Made by a program: the position numbers and the translations under genes. From NCBI GenBank assembly GCA_010015805.1, contig ML978126.1:2108001-2163113 (forward strand): a stretch of DNA of 55,113 nt, written 5' to 3'. This DNA is from Rhizodiscina lignyota (lineage: Eukaryota). A model generated the notes under the pieces. The model was not told the origin of the DNA. It worked only from the letters and a program-made list of their open reading frames with translations, and searched no databases. This document shows positions 1-12,253 of the stretch, in pieces; the stretch's first letter is position 1, and each line of letters begins with the position of its first letter.

Positions 1-186
1 CATGCGAGGGCATCGATAAGTCCGAGCCCGACACGCGAACTTTCGGAAGCAACTGGCGTGCCAACGTTCACTCTTCACCACTCCACAAGCCCTCAAAGCT
101 CTCGGTGCATCCTCGTCCACGTGTAATCATCGAACAACATCCAAGACACAGCCTACTCGAGGCTATTCGAGCCTTCTCAACCCAGC

Positions 187-1894
187 ATGGCCGACATGGA
201 CGCGGCGATTGCCAGCTTCACAGCCATAACGGGAGCGCCTGCCGATCGAGCAGCGCAATACCTCCAGTTGAGCGATGGAAATCTCGAAAATGCTGTTCAG
301 CTCTATTTCGAGAGCGATCTAGATGTCACAGGCGCAACTACATCACAGGCGCCGCCCGTCCCGCCACCTTCAACAAGACCGAATGCGGGACATGCGAGTA
401 ACTACCCTGAAGACAGTCATGGCGTCGTACACGTTCCATCAGATGATGATGAAGAGAATGATTTCGACATGGCTGATACACCGCCGCATGCAGCGCCTTC
501 GCGTCCGACTATAAATGTGGACGATGATGCAGAGATGGCTAGGAGGCTTCAAGAAGAGTTCTACACTCAAGGAGCCGGAGCGGGCGGAGACTCTGAGACT
601 GAAGGTGTTCGGGCGCCGATGGCTCGGAGAACAGAGACACTCGTCGGCCCTGACGCAGATTGGGGAACAGACACAGGCGATATGAGGACGGCAATAACGG
701 AGCAGCTTCGCATGCGAGAGCGAGCTCGAATGGGTAAGACGACACATGAACTGTCTTATGGAATTAACTGTTATGTCAGGTCGCCCAGGCATCTTTAACC
801 AGCGAGACACATCTTCGATTTGGAGCGAGGGCGCAGCGTCGTCCGCATCCCCAACACTTATGCACCAACGAGAGCTTTCAGCTGCAACAGGTGGCGCATC
901 TGATTCTTCTTCCAAATCGAACCTCCTTGCAGAGCTGTTTCGTCCACCATTCGACATGATGTTCCACGGCCCCTGGGATTCAGCGCGAGACAATGGCAAG
1001 GAGGAAGAGAAGTGGCTGTTGATCAACGTTCAGGACCCTTCAGTCTTTGACTGCCAAGTCCTGAACCGTGATATCTGGAAGAATGAGGGTATCAAGGAAA
1101 CCATCCGCGAGAACTTTTTGTTCATCCAGTACAACAAGGACGATCCTGCGGGCCTGGAATACATTCAGTACTACTTTCCCGCACATGAGTCGCATGATGC
1201 GTACCCACATATCGCCATTGTCGACCCAAGGACTGGCGAACAAGTCAAGATCTGGAGTGGCAGACCTGTCCCGCAACCAACGGACTTCTTGATGCAGCTG
1301 CATGAGTTCTTGGATCGCTACAGCCTGAAGGCTAATGCTCGAAATCCAGTAGCGAAACGGAAGCCAGAGCGCACGAAGCTGGACGTCGATCGCATGACTG
1401 AAGAGGAGATGCTTGAGATGGCCATGCAGAACAGCTTGGAGAACAACGGCGGTCCAGTGCCAGATGATCCGGATGCGTTGACGAAGAGCGACATCTTGAC
1501 TAGAGACAAGGGTAAAGCGCCAGCTCACGTGGACTCTGGAATTGGGACGGACCTTACTCAGCCAGACACAAACGGTACTGCAGCGGATTCGCCGTTCGCA
1601 CAGATCTCATCTTCTGATCCTCATGAGGAACCCGCACAGAACGCTCCAGGTATAACGCGCATTCAGTTCAGACATTCGGGAGGTCGCGTTGTACGGAGGT
1701 TCGCCACTAGTGACCCAGTTCGTAGGATTTACGAGTGGATGAAGGCCGAGCCGCTTCCTGGCAAAGAGGGCCAAGAATTCGAACTGGTAGCGATGGGCAA
1801 GAACCTCATCGAAAGTCTCGATACGACCATTGAGGATGCCGGACTCAAGAACGGCACAGTGATGGTTGAATTTGTCGGTGGTGATGAAGAGTAG
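187..1894 (+). CDS. ubx5: UBX domain protein (UBA-like + UIM + UAS/thioredoxin-like + UBX), Ubx5/UBXN7-type Cdc48/p97 adaptor
   Basis: Exons 187-733 and 780-1894; the 46-nt intron GTAAGA..TTAAC..TCAG joins M-G-R-P-G in frame. N-terminal FTAITGAPADRAAQYL (UBA-like), UAS signature KWLLINVQDPSVFDCQVLNRDIW, UIM MTEEEMLEMAMQNSL, and C-terminal UBX TRIQFR..RVVRRF..TIEDAGLKNG. Confidence 0.92.
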
Positions 1895-2207
1895 ACATGG
1901 GTTATTGGCAAGAACAGTGACTCGGTCATCTTGCGTGCATAAAAATGGCGTTCATTCGGCGCTTGATCTCTCACGGCATCATATTGAGCATTCTAGTTAA
2001 GCTCTCGGCGGTGGTTTTCCCATAGCATTCACGATTCTCACCCGTAGCTGAAACGGCACATCATCAGGGAATCGGCATTTTTCCGTAGCACTTGCAGCCC
2101 ACAGATTAGCGTGCTTCTCCTATATAGCGTAATCAAGCACTTCCCCCAAGTATTTAATATACTTCTACCTCTGGTATCTATCAATTGCTCTCATGCTTGT
2201 GGGACCA

Positions 2208-3473
2208 TCAGGCCTTACCATCCCCAAACAAACTCACGGCATTCTTGTACATTGAGACCTCGCGATCCTCTGGTTCCCACTTCGCAGTCATCTCATCCAT
2301 CTCCTTAGTAACCATCTCGACGAACTCTCTCTTTGTGAAAGGATAGTCGCTCCCATACAGCAGTCTATCCTTCCCAATTCCCGCATTTGCCACCAGACCT
2401 TCAACCTGGCCACGCATTGACATTCCCGCCAGATCAAAGTAGAACCTGTTGCGAAAAGCTTCCTGCACAATCTCATGCGTGACTTTGCCTGATCCGGAGA
2501 CAGAAGGCAGAGGGATGAGCGAGCCATATACTGCGAACCGGTATATCAGAGGCGGCATCGCGCCGCCGACATGCGGGATCAACCAAGTGAGATCCGTATA
2601 TTTCACAATCGTACCTTGGAGGAATAGGTGAATCACCGTCCGCGCAGTATCGAACAAGAACTCCATCATCGGCGCTGGATAGAACATATCCAACGGCGTC
2701 GCTAAGAGCACCTTCCCCGGCTCCTGATTGTTGATCGTCGAGCCCTGGGTCGGCGGGGCGCGCTGCGGCGGGTATGGATGCGGATTACACAGACATCCTG
2801 CGGTGGGATGAATGAAGATCTTCGCGTGGTGTCTGTTCATAGCTGCGAAGACGGGATCGAAGGCCGCGTCGCCGAGATACACGCCATGGCAGTTCGACAT
2901 GAGGCAGAAGCCGTCGGCGCCCTCGCGGCATGCGATTTCGATCTCTTTCAGGGCACCATCGACATCTGGAAGCGGGAGGGATGCGAAGTAGCCAAAGTGC
3001 TTTGGGTCTCGACGCTTGAGGTCTGCTCCGAAGGCGTTGATGCGCCGGGTCAGGGAGCGGGCGGACGGGTTGTCGCCTGGTGTGAGGTGAGTCCCTGGAG
3101 AGGAGATGGAGAGGATGGAACGGGAGATGTTGAGGTCGGCCATCATCTTGAGATGAGTCCCTTCGGACCATTCCTAGATATAACTTAGTTGTAGCTTTGC
3201 GGAATGCCTTTTATTGAAATCTTGTTCAAATTGGACTGTGGAGGACACACTGAGGGCTTTGGTGTGCTAAAATTAAGCACATATGATAGTAACAGCAATT
3301 CCATTCACAAAAGATGGCCATATTTCTTCATGAATCGAATACGACGAATATATACTCACTGGTATAGCGGGCATGCCATCGAGATTCGTATGGCCGGTCC
3401 TCGCCAACTCTTCACGGTAGAAATCAGGGAGATAATGGACATGAGTGTCAATTCGCATCGGTTGCGTAGCCAT
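2208..3473 (-). CDS. Amidohydrolase_2 family metal-dependent decarboxylase (6-methylsalicylate/orsellinate decarboxylase-like)
   Basis: Exon 1 3473-3360 carries the IDTHVH metal-binding HxH. Intron 3359-3174 (GTGAGT..TAG). Exon 2 3173-2208 has IFIHPT, EFLFDTAR, IPHVGG, FYFDLAG and LLYGSDYPF. Confidence 0.88.
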
Positions 3474-4533
3474 TGTGAATCACTTCGTGAACAATATCAA
3501 AAGAAACGAGAGATTGAATTTATAGGAGAGTGTCGCACGAGAATCAGAAATCGACTTTTTCGATAAATCGTCTGCATGAACCGTACACAACGGTTCCCCG
3601 CACACCGATGCTGATGTCCTGGATATATGATTCTGGGAATTCCCCTCTTGTGTGTGTGAAGTCTCACAACATCTGAAGTCCAAAGCGAGCTCACATATTT
3701 GGAGGTGCACAGCAATTCTCCCTGCCTTTCTCTGTGTGCCGACAGTGGGAGGCGGTGGAATTGCCCCGCAAAGCCGGAAGTGGCGTATACATATCAAATT
3801 GGTCCGTCTCCTTTGGCTCGGGTTTCACTCGTCCTCTGGCATTGTGGACATTTCTTGAATGTCAAATCATCTACGAAAGTCGGACATGTCTGGCAAAGCT
3901 TTAGATGTCTGTCTTAGTCAACCCCTCGAGCAGAATAGTCATCCATGCCCTGAAACTTTGATTATTTCGGATTTTCCCAGGCTTGCAAGGAACAAGCGAT
4001 TCCTACGTCGATCGAAATCACTTTTGCGCTCCAGGCGCCGGGATTCTTGGGCGAACTTGGATTTCATTTGTAAAATCAACATCTCCAACATGTAAGGCAA
4101 ACTCGCGCTGTCTTCCTTCCTGAATAATAGATGTTACTGTAACCTTTAGCAAGCCTTGATTCGGGCGCCGAGTTAGTCGCAGGACCTAGCCGAACTTCCT
4201 TCCACACGTGGGGGCTTGGAATGGAGATCTCTCGTACTATACTGCACCTGACAGAGCCCTACGGCATTGGCACGAAAGCCACAGGAGGAAGAGGAACAAT
4301 GAGAGTACTTGGATGAAACTCGTGAGCGCTCATCACTACAACGAAGTGCAACTTCGCAAACCGTTACAACGAAAGGAATCGGAAGGAATATGTGGAAATA
4401 GGCAGGTCAAGTATAAGGACGATCATTTTTCGCGTATAAATATAAGCTATTTGTTCACCTTTTGGCCCCCACTCAGTCCGCGAAACAGACATCTTTTCAG
4501 TTATCACAAGTCTGACCACGTCCAAACGCAAAC

Positions 4534-5205
4534 ATGAAGGCTTCTTGTGCTAACATCCTCCCACTTCTCACATCCCTTGCAGGTCTTGCATCTGCCACTG
4601 TCCAAGGCTTCGATGTCTCTCATTACCAGTCCAGCGTGGACTGGTCCGCAGCCTACTCTGGTGGCCTCCGCTTCGTCATGATCAAGGCCACCGAAGGAAC
4701 GACCTACAAAGATCCCTCGTTCTCAAGCCACTACGAAGGTGCCACCAACGCAGGCTTCATCCGCGGTGGCTACCACTTTGCTCATCCAGGCGAAACCACT
4801 GGTGCTGCTCAGGCTCAGTACTTCTTCAAGAATGGTGGCGGCTGGACCGCAGACGGCATCACGCTCCCCGGTATGCTCGACCTCGAGGGCGACTGCGCTG
4901 GTCTCAGCGCCTCAGCAATGGTCTCGTGGATCAAGGACTTTGTCAACGAATACCACAGCCTGAGCGGACGGTACCCCATTTTGTACTTCAGCCCATCGTG
5001 GTGGAAGGAGTGCACCGGAGACTCGACTGCATTCTCGAGCACCTGCCCGCTCGACCTGGCCAGCTGGAACTCGGCGATTGGACCAATTCCCGGTGGATGG
5101 CCATTCCAGACATTCTGGCAGTATGCGGATAGCAACAAGTACGGCGGAGACTCAGACAGCTTCAATGGCGCGATCGCGAACCTGCAGAAGCTTGCCACTG
5201 GTTAA
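4534..5205 (+). CDS. Secreted GH25 lysozyme (Chalaropsis-type N,O-diacetylmuramidase)
   Basis: Intronless 223-aa ORF with signal peptide, then TVQGFDVSHYQ, FVMIKATEG, RGGYHFA, TLPGMLDLE (DxE catalytic) and FWQY..GGDSD. Confidence 0.95.
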   Translation: MKASCANILPLLTSLAGLASATVQGFDVSHYQSSVDWSAAYSGGLRFVMIKATEGTTYKDPSFSSHYEGATNAGFIRGGYHFAHPGETTGAAQAQYFFKNGGGWTADGITLPGMLDLEGDCAGLSASAMVSWIKDFVNEYHSLSGRYPILYFSPSWWKECTGDSTAFSSTCPLDLASWNSAIGPIPGGWPFQTFWQYADSNKYGGDSDSFNGAIANLQKLATG

Positions 5206-5502
5206 ACGCGAACCAGATGCTGAGAAAGGCGAATAAGGAAGTTGTGGAATTGTAGGCTTGGTAAAAGATTGAAGTCCAGCCTTTGACTCAGTGTCGAGCG
5301 TTGTGATCGTAGTGCATAGAGAGAGTGACCAATGAAAGACCGTTCCGAGTGTGCATGTTCCCCTTATCCTTGAATATTGTGAAAATAGTCCAGTTGTGTA
5401 GCAGTGGACTTTCTGTTCTGCACCTAGCTGCAGATGCAGTGATGATCGTGCCCTTCACACTCACATCCCACAGACGCCCAGAATACTGGTTTATTCCTTG
5501 CC

Positions 5503-6327
5503 CTAGGCCGAAGGAAGGATTGCCTCTTGCCATCGTCGGCATGAACTGGATACGGACTGGGACGAAAGTCTCTTGCTCAGTATCTCTTGCACCGTTTCGC
5601 AACAAGAAACGTCCGATTCTCGGTCGCAATGTTTATCAGACATGTAAAATACCAGCTCGAGTTGAACTAGCGGCCTCTCTCTCGTACGACTGACATCCAG
5701 CATATCGCATAGCAATGCGAAATTTTCCGCTCTGTAATCTGTCACGCTAGAGAGGCAATCACATTGCTCGTGCTCTGAAGAATACGCGTGATGATCCAAC
5801 TGCTCAGGTATGGTCAGATGGGATGCATTTGCGATAGCAGTCCATTCATATCGAGGGGCTCCAGAGCGAACCCAGCCGCCACCACCAACGGCCACACAGA
5901 CCTTGCGCATCTTGCGCCATGCGCTGAGGGGGATACGATTGTACGAGCGCCCAGAGACGGGCCACGGGAAGCCGATTGAGCTGTTTTGTACTGGTGGGAG
6001 AAGCTGGATTTCACACTCTCCTTCGAAAATAAACGGGATCCAGAGATCGAACGTGTTGTTTGTGAAGAAGTAGTCAATCGCTTCCTGGGAGACCTGATGA
6101 TTGACGAGAAACAGTGCAAGGTTCTGCTTCGAGCTCCGCCACGCAGAAAAGAGACGCGGATAGGTGAGTTTCTTGTCTGGAAATGGGTCCTCGGACATTG
6201 TTGATGCCTTTCGCAGTGACTGAGGGAGCGCATAATGGTATACGCGCTGACGGAGCTCGAGAGGAAGATCAAGAAGCCTAAAGGGCTCCATCTCCTCTTG
6301 AGATGGCTGTGCGACTGTCGGGACCAT
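5503..6327 (-). CDS. Hypothetical protein with F-box-like N-terminal motif
   Basis: FRLLDLPLELRQRVYHYAL and LALFLVNHQVSQEAIDYFFTNNTF follow the common fungal LPxExRxxIY ... LLxVxxQxxxEA pattern. The first ATG in the ORF is at 6327. Confidence 0.6.
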   Translation of the reverse strand: MVPTVAQPSQEEMEPFRLLDLPLELRQRVYHYALPQSLRKASTMSEDPFPDKKLTYPRLFSAWRSSKQNLALFLVNHQVSQEAIDYFFTNNTFDLWIPFIFEGECEIQLLPPVQNSSIGFPWPVSGRSYNRIPLSAWRKMRKVCVAVGGGGWVRSGAPRYEWTAIANASHLTIPEQLDHHAYSSEHEQCDCLSSVTDYRAENFALLCDMLDVSRTRERPLVQLELVFYMSDKHCDRESDVSCCETVQEILSKRLSSQSVSSSCRRWQEAILPSA

Positions 6328-6729
6328 CTTATTGAGAGAATCTGTAGCTGAGAGGTCTTGAAAGAGCTTCTTCAATGTTCTGAGTGGTGATACGCGTCTG
6401 CCTAGTCGCGTTGTTGTTTGGTAGAAGACGGCGTGAATCGATAAGCTGCTGACTAAGTCGACGATCCCTACATGTATGTACGAAGTAGAACGACAGAGAC
6501 AGCTGTGGGTGGAATGGTACTGAAACTTGGGTGGAGTAGCCCCTGAATCGGATGATCTGCGGGTACCTCTGTCGCTGAAGAACGCCCGATGTCCTCCCTA
6601 GCACATCCTCGGTAGAAAGAGGATCGCCAATCCCCGCCAAAGAAGGATGTGTTCCACAAAAGATGCGAACTTCATCTTCGAAACACAATTAAACATCAAT
6701 TGCTTCTCACCACTTGGACTTTTGCGAAT

Positions 6730-7220
6730 ATGTCTTCGAAAAAATCCAAGGTACCGTCGACGAAATCCTCCTCGTGTCTCTGCGGAGCGGTCCAACTCTC
6801 CGTCACTGGCAACGATAAGGGCGCTGTCGTCTGCCATTGCTCCAACTGCCAGCGAGCGAGCGGAAGCGCTTTTCTGCATAACTATCGATTCACGAGCGCA
6901 GATCTCAAGTTCACCAAAGGCGAAGAGCTGGTCAGAGAGTATGAAGATAAAGAGACGAAGACGGGGAATACGCTGTACAGGCATTTCTGTGAGAAGTGTG
7001 TAAGTGCAATCGCGCCGTCGAACCCTACGACCAAAGATTGGATCGTACTGATCTCACGTAAAAGGGCTCTCCTTTGTATTTGAAGAACTCGGCGTTTCCT
7101 GGCCTGGTTGTGTTGCACTGTGGCACGATGGAGGCAGAAGGACCGCAGCCGTCGATGGAATTGTTCCCGGAGAATAAGTATGCTTGGATTGGGGATGTGA
7201 TGGGTAAACCAAGGCTGTAG
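6730..7220 (+). CDS. GFA / CENP-V / Mss4-like zinc-binding protein
   Basis: SCLCGAV, CHCSNCQR and RHFCEKC|GSPL motifs. Intron 7000-7064 (GTAAGT..CTGAT..AAG) restores CxxCGS. Exon 2 ends ELFPENKYAW..PRL-stop at 7220. Confidence 0.9.
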
Positions 7221-7751
7221 ACTGCGCTTGGCCACTCATGCCCTGGATTAGTCGTTTAATTCAGTCTCAATACGACTCTTTCAGGATACCCACGGGCCAC
7301 GACAAGCTTCCTGCAAGCTCTCATGTGGCTGTTCCAATTCGTCGTGGAAAGTTGGTGGCTGGAGCTAAAGCTTCTCATGCTTCCGAGCTGAATAGAGCTG
7401 AAACCCTTCAAGATGAATCAGTAGGCAGCAACGATTTTATTTAAACCTCCATTATTTCGTCTTTCCTTGATGTCGTCGCTCTTCTACATGACGATCCGTT
7501 TACAGTTTTAAGAGCATCGCAGTCATGTTTTTCGGTGGGTTTGGAATGGGTGGTGCTGCCGATAGCAGAGGTTTCAACTCCATTGGAGACCGTATGCAGC
7601 ACCTTACCAACTTTATGGAAACAAAATTTACGCATGGATTATCGGAGAGTGGATCGATATTGATCAATACGCTGAGCCGCGCAAACTGACTAGCGTTAAC
7701 GACATACCCGTCCGAATACCGGGAGCCGCTACCGAAAGCAAATACCGCCGC

Positions 7752-9404
7752 ATGAAATACCATTCGTTGGAGAAAGGCTAGATACGGATCCTCGAGCTAC
7801 TGCCATTCGACAATGAGAATGCTGAACCGCAAGATAATCTCCTTTAGTGTAGGATCATGACGAAGCATCTCGACGAACGATTCGAATACGAGGCACTCTC
7901 TTATACTTGGGAACGATTCAAAGGGATTGTACCGGTGCTAGTGGCCGAAGAGCCGGATGCAACTGATCTAGTAGATGAGGGTTGTATCGGATATCCATCA
8001 GGAGGGCGCGATCCCGGTACGGCTCAGCTCAGCTCAAGTCCTTTGATTGCGGTCGCCCTAATGCCAGAGAAACGAAACTTGCCGAAAGAAAGCAATGCTG
8101 AAGCGACCCGAGGAAGCTCAAATCCTTCAACTGCAGCCGCTCCAGTGCCAGAGAAGCAAACATACACGGTCGAAGATCTTGATCCCATTTCGAAGATGGT
8201 GCTATCCAAGCATCATGGACAGAAAAAATTGGAAGACTGGGTGAAATCACCCGCGGGGAAGGCACACATTAAGCCTTAAAAAGACCACTCGAGGACACGA
8301 CATGCTTCAATCAATCAATTCTACTCTGCTGGCTCGAGAGAAGGGAGAGCAGACATCCGAGAACTTTCTGTCTTTACTTATGAGACTCCTTCATAACGCT
8401 GAAGCCACGGATCCCAGAGATCTGATTTATGGCTTCCTTGGCTTCTACAAACCCACAGATCCAGACAATGCTATCACTCCGGATTACTCGTCCTCGGTAC
8501 ACATAACATGGAAGGATGAGAATCATCGCCGATAGCGGATCCCCTGACATTTTCGCACTTGTACCAGGGACATGGTCAACGGAAAATCCAGATGATCCCG
8601 CATATCATCTCTCATGGCTTCCAAAGTATAACCAAGCATCCAGATACTCAAGACCATTTTGCGGACCCAATATGGTGTCAACATTCGCCGCTGCCGGAGG
8701 AGCGCCATATCAGCCCCGCAAACACAGTGAAAGTAGCACATTGGTTGCTCGCGGAAAGATCCTTGATCGCATCGAGTGGCTCTGCCCTTTGAACTTTGAG
8801 AAGGCATACTACTATGATGGGATGCCGAAGATCCTGCAGCTGGACGAGCACGTCAACCAGGTCCGACACCATTTTGGTTTCCGCGATTGTCCGCAGCCAG
8901 CAACTTCCCAGCTTGCGCAAAATCTGAGATCTGCCGTGATGCGAACCCTTCTGTCGGATGGCGCGAACGATATGGTCCAGCAGCTTCCACTGAAGATGGA
9001 GGAGTATTTGGAAATGTATGGTCATGATGAAGAGCTGTGTCAGCTGAGGGACAGGATTGTAGACAGGCGAGCGTCTCACCGAGGAGGATGCCGAGAGAGC
9101 CAATCAATACAAAACCTTTTGTGAGCTGGCTGTCATTGGACAGAAGAAGAGATTACTTCTCTCGGACGAGATGCGGCTGGGCATGGTTTCACGCGCGGCT
9201 AACAAAGGAGACGCTATTGCCGTGTTGGCAGGGTCGAGAGCACCCGTTGTTCTTCGGCAGGTCGTAGCAGAAGCGGAGCGACCGTCCTCGGAATGTACAT
9301 TTTGGAGAGTCGTCGGACAGTGCTATTTGGATGGTACGATGTATGGCGAAGATGCTCACGGAGAATCGTGGTGGGAGGATGCTGAGGCTTTCTATTTGCT
9401 ATGA
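7752..9404 (+). pseudogene. HET-6-like heterokaryon incompatibility gene relic
   Basis: Reads MKYHSLEKG*IRILEL..LL*C..YEALSYTW, with TAGs at 7779 and 7845. Later come ATDPRDLIYGFLG, ITPDY, SWLP, GDAIAVLAGSRAPVVLR and WRVVGQCYLDGTMYGE in shifting frames (about 8270, 8510, 9070). The central WxDAICINQ..W..QE core is not visible. Confidence 0.85.
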
Positions 9405-9686
9405 TACAACCAGGGCGTTGAGCATCCTAAATGAGCTACGGAGAAGCTAGTTTCCAGCGAGCAAGCAATATTCAGAGCCGCTCTATTACAGTCGCCTTCG
9501 GCATTTCCAAGAAGCTTCCGCGTATTGGTGAGTTTGCATTCGAGGTTGTCAGGGAGTAGCTTACCAAACCTGCCTTGGAAGATTTGCTTTGTGGCTGAAA
9601 AAGGACTCCCCTTACAGATCTTATACACTCACGAGAAAACAACTCCTTCGTAAAGCGTCTGAACTGATTCAATGAAGAGCTAGTTC

Positions 9687-11570
9687 CTAAGCCACCACCT
9701 CCACGGTCAAGTCTTCTGGCCATTTCGGCTTATCCACGCCGTTTGTCCTCGTGCTGACATCGTATCGCAGCTTCACCTTTTCCTGCGGGAATTGGATGAT
9801 GGGTTTGACAGTGGCGATCGGCTTGTCGTATCCGAACGCCTTTCTCTCTTCAAAGAATTCTGGGTTGAAAAGCACTGACTTCGAATTCTTGAGTATCATG
9901 CCCATGAATTGTGGAAGCGTGTAGCCCATGTGGTGATAGTGGCGGAACACTTTCCGGCCATTGCGCATCCAGACGTCTTCCCATACCGACGACGGATACG
10001 TTCCACAGCTGTTCACCAGCCACTGCGAGTAGTAGTTGAGGGCAACCTGCGGAGCTTAATTAACAAGCGGAACAAATAAATAATAGCCAATTTACTCACG
10101 TCGATCTTGTACGAGCCGCCTTCTTCAGCTCTCCGAATCAGTGCAGTTAATATACTTGCGACCCCGGCGACGCCTGTGCAGAAGTCGGAGTTTGGAAAGA
10201 CGGGAGTGACAGGTTCATCATTGCCCATAGCTCGACCGAACTCTAGGCTGACTCCGGTATTCCAAAGAGAGAATCGTGTGTTAGTCCATCTATTTTACAC
10301 AGGGAAGATTTGGTAATATACTCACTGCGTCGCTAATCTGCTGCCACCCGCTCCGATAACTCCAAGGCCCATACCAGCCGTAACAATTCTCTCGCACGAC
10401 GATCAAGCCCCTCTCTCGATCTTTGCAGATATCCAAGAGGCCGTCGAGCGAGAAGCCGTATTTATCTAGCACGCCGGGTCGATAGCCTTGCACGACAACA
10501 TCTGCCTCCCTTACCAGGTTTCGCATCGCCTCGCGATCTTCCTCCTTTCTGAAATCAAGTTGAGTGTTCCATTTTCCCCAGCTCAGATCCGGAAGGAGAG
10601 CACAGTAATCAGTAATATGCGAAGTAGTAACTCTCATCACGCTTGCACCAAGCTCCGCCAGACCTCGAGTAACAGCCGGTGCGGCGATAACGCGTGTCAG
10701 ATCAACAACCTTGAGACCTGCAAGCGGTCGCTCAGGACTAGTTCGAGGGCTGTCTGGCCACCAGCATGGCTTTTGGGCCTGTGAAGGTATATTCTTAATC
10801 TCAAACAAACCAACATGAGCGTTCGCTTTGCCATGCTCGGAGTTCTTGAATTCTTCCGTCGACCAGCAGATCGTCCCGGCCTGCTTATACACGTCGCTCG
10901 CAAGTTTCTGCAGATCCTCGCTCTCAATCTGGCTAATCTTTTCGACGAAAGGCTCTAGACTCTCCTCGTAGCTGCTGACTTCTCGATCGTGAGGTAGCCC
11001 CAAGCTGTCGAGCGTTGGATCTGGATCCATACTGCCGTGCAAATGGAAGAATCGCGCATCCTTTGTCTTATAGATGTTCGTTGCGGCCTTTCTGTGCTCA
11101 CCGTCTCCTAAGCGATGCAGGTCTAATGTGGGAGGGAATGCTTTGAGGAAGTCTGGGTCATTCCTCATGGTCGCCATGTTCAAAGCCTTTCCCCTGGGGT
11201 CTGCGGTCCAGGTCAATATACTCATGATGAATAGCTGCGCATGATCGGTGTTAATGATAGCTTCTTGTGGCTCGATTCCGTATTTGCGCTTGAGCAATGT
11301 ATTGATCAGTGTTGCTTCTAAGGCTTTGAGCGCTGAGATGGACTCCGCGAAACGCCAATTGATGGGGATGGAAGGCTTGCGGGTGCCCTCAAAGTGAACC
11401 TTTTCGGCATATTGAAATGTCTCCGGAGGCAGGTCTTTCGATATGAGAGGATTTTGCAGGATCCCTTTAAAGAACAACTTCTTGGCTTCGTCCGGTACAG
11501 AATACTGTCCAACGGCTTCGTCTGGATGCCCACTGGCATTACCATTCTGAAGACTTCCGTTAGTAGCCAT
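9687..11570 (-). CDS. Family III CoA-transferase (CaiB/BaiF type); first intron acceptor appears mutated
   Basis: RPLAGLKVVDLTRVIAAP, ADVVVQGYRPG, GWQQISDA, PVFPNSDFCTG and VALNYYSQWLV. Intron 2 (10099-10047, GTGAGT..CAG) is canonical. Intron 1 (10325-10262) ends in TGG rather than AG. Confidence 0.9.
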
Positions 11571-12064
11571 TACAGTTAGAGTACGGAAAAACAAGAAGAG
11601 GGACCTAAAAGCGGAGATGTTGTAGGCATTCCTGACCTTATCTACATATGCACTTACCTTGACCGCGGTTCGTGTCGAACACGCATCCGTAACCCCACCT
11701 CAGCAGGCCGACGTTGCCGCCATAAGACCCATCCAAAGTACCAATGAAGATTAAAGACGACCCAGTTATACCTGAATAAACACGATTGGACGGCAACACC
11801 TGAGAAATGGGGTGTCGCGTAAAAGACGACCTGGGGATGGGAATGAATGGAGTACACGGGGGAGAGATGGAGAAGTTCGCGTCGTGATCGAATATGAAAA
11901 CACGTAATATAGTTTTGGAAGGTCATTTATGTAACCCTTGAGACCCTTTTATTCTATTGATTCTGGACTTACCTTGATGCTAACTTCCATCAAACGAAGC
12001 AGCAGAAGTTTCTCTTCAGTTCTTACTCAGAAGCATCGTTATTCCTGCGCGCGCCCTCTTCTCG

Positions 12065-12253
12065 CTAGCTCGCGGCCTCCTTCTGAGAAGCCTTCTTTGC
12101 CTTCTCCTCAGCGACCTTCTTCCTGAGCTTTCTTTCAGACTTTCTCGCAACCTTCTTGTCGATGCCCTTGTCGTTTAGTCCGCGCACGTCAGTAGACTTA
12201 TTGCTTGTGTTGCCTGCGGAACAAAGTCCTCTAGCTCCGATATGACCTGCCAT
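12065..12253 (-). CDS. Possible small basic (Lys-rich) protein, 62 aa
   Basis: ATG in ACAATGG context; ends in a K/E/A-rich helix-like run (KKVARKSERKLRKKVAEEKAKKASQKEAAS). No recognisable family. Confidence 0.3.
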   Translation of the reverse strand: MAGHIGARGLCSAGNTSNKSTDVRGLNDKGIDKKVARKSERKLRKKVAEEKAKKASQKEAAS

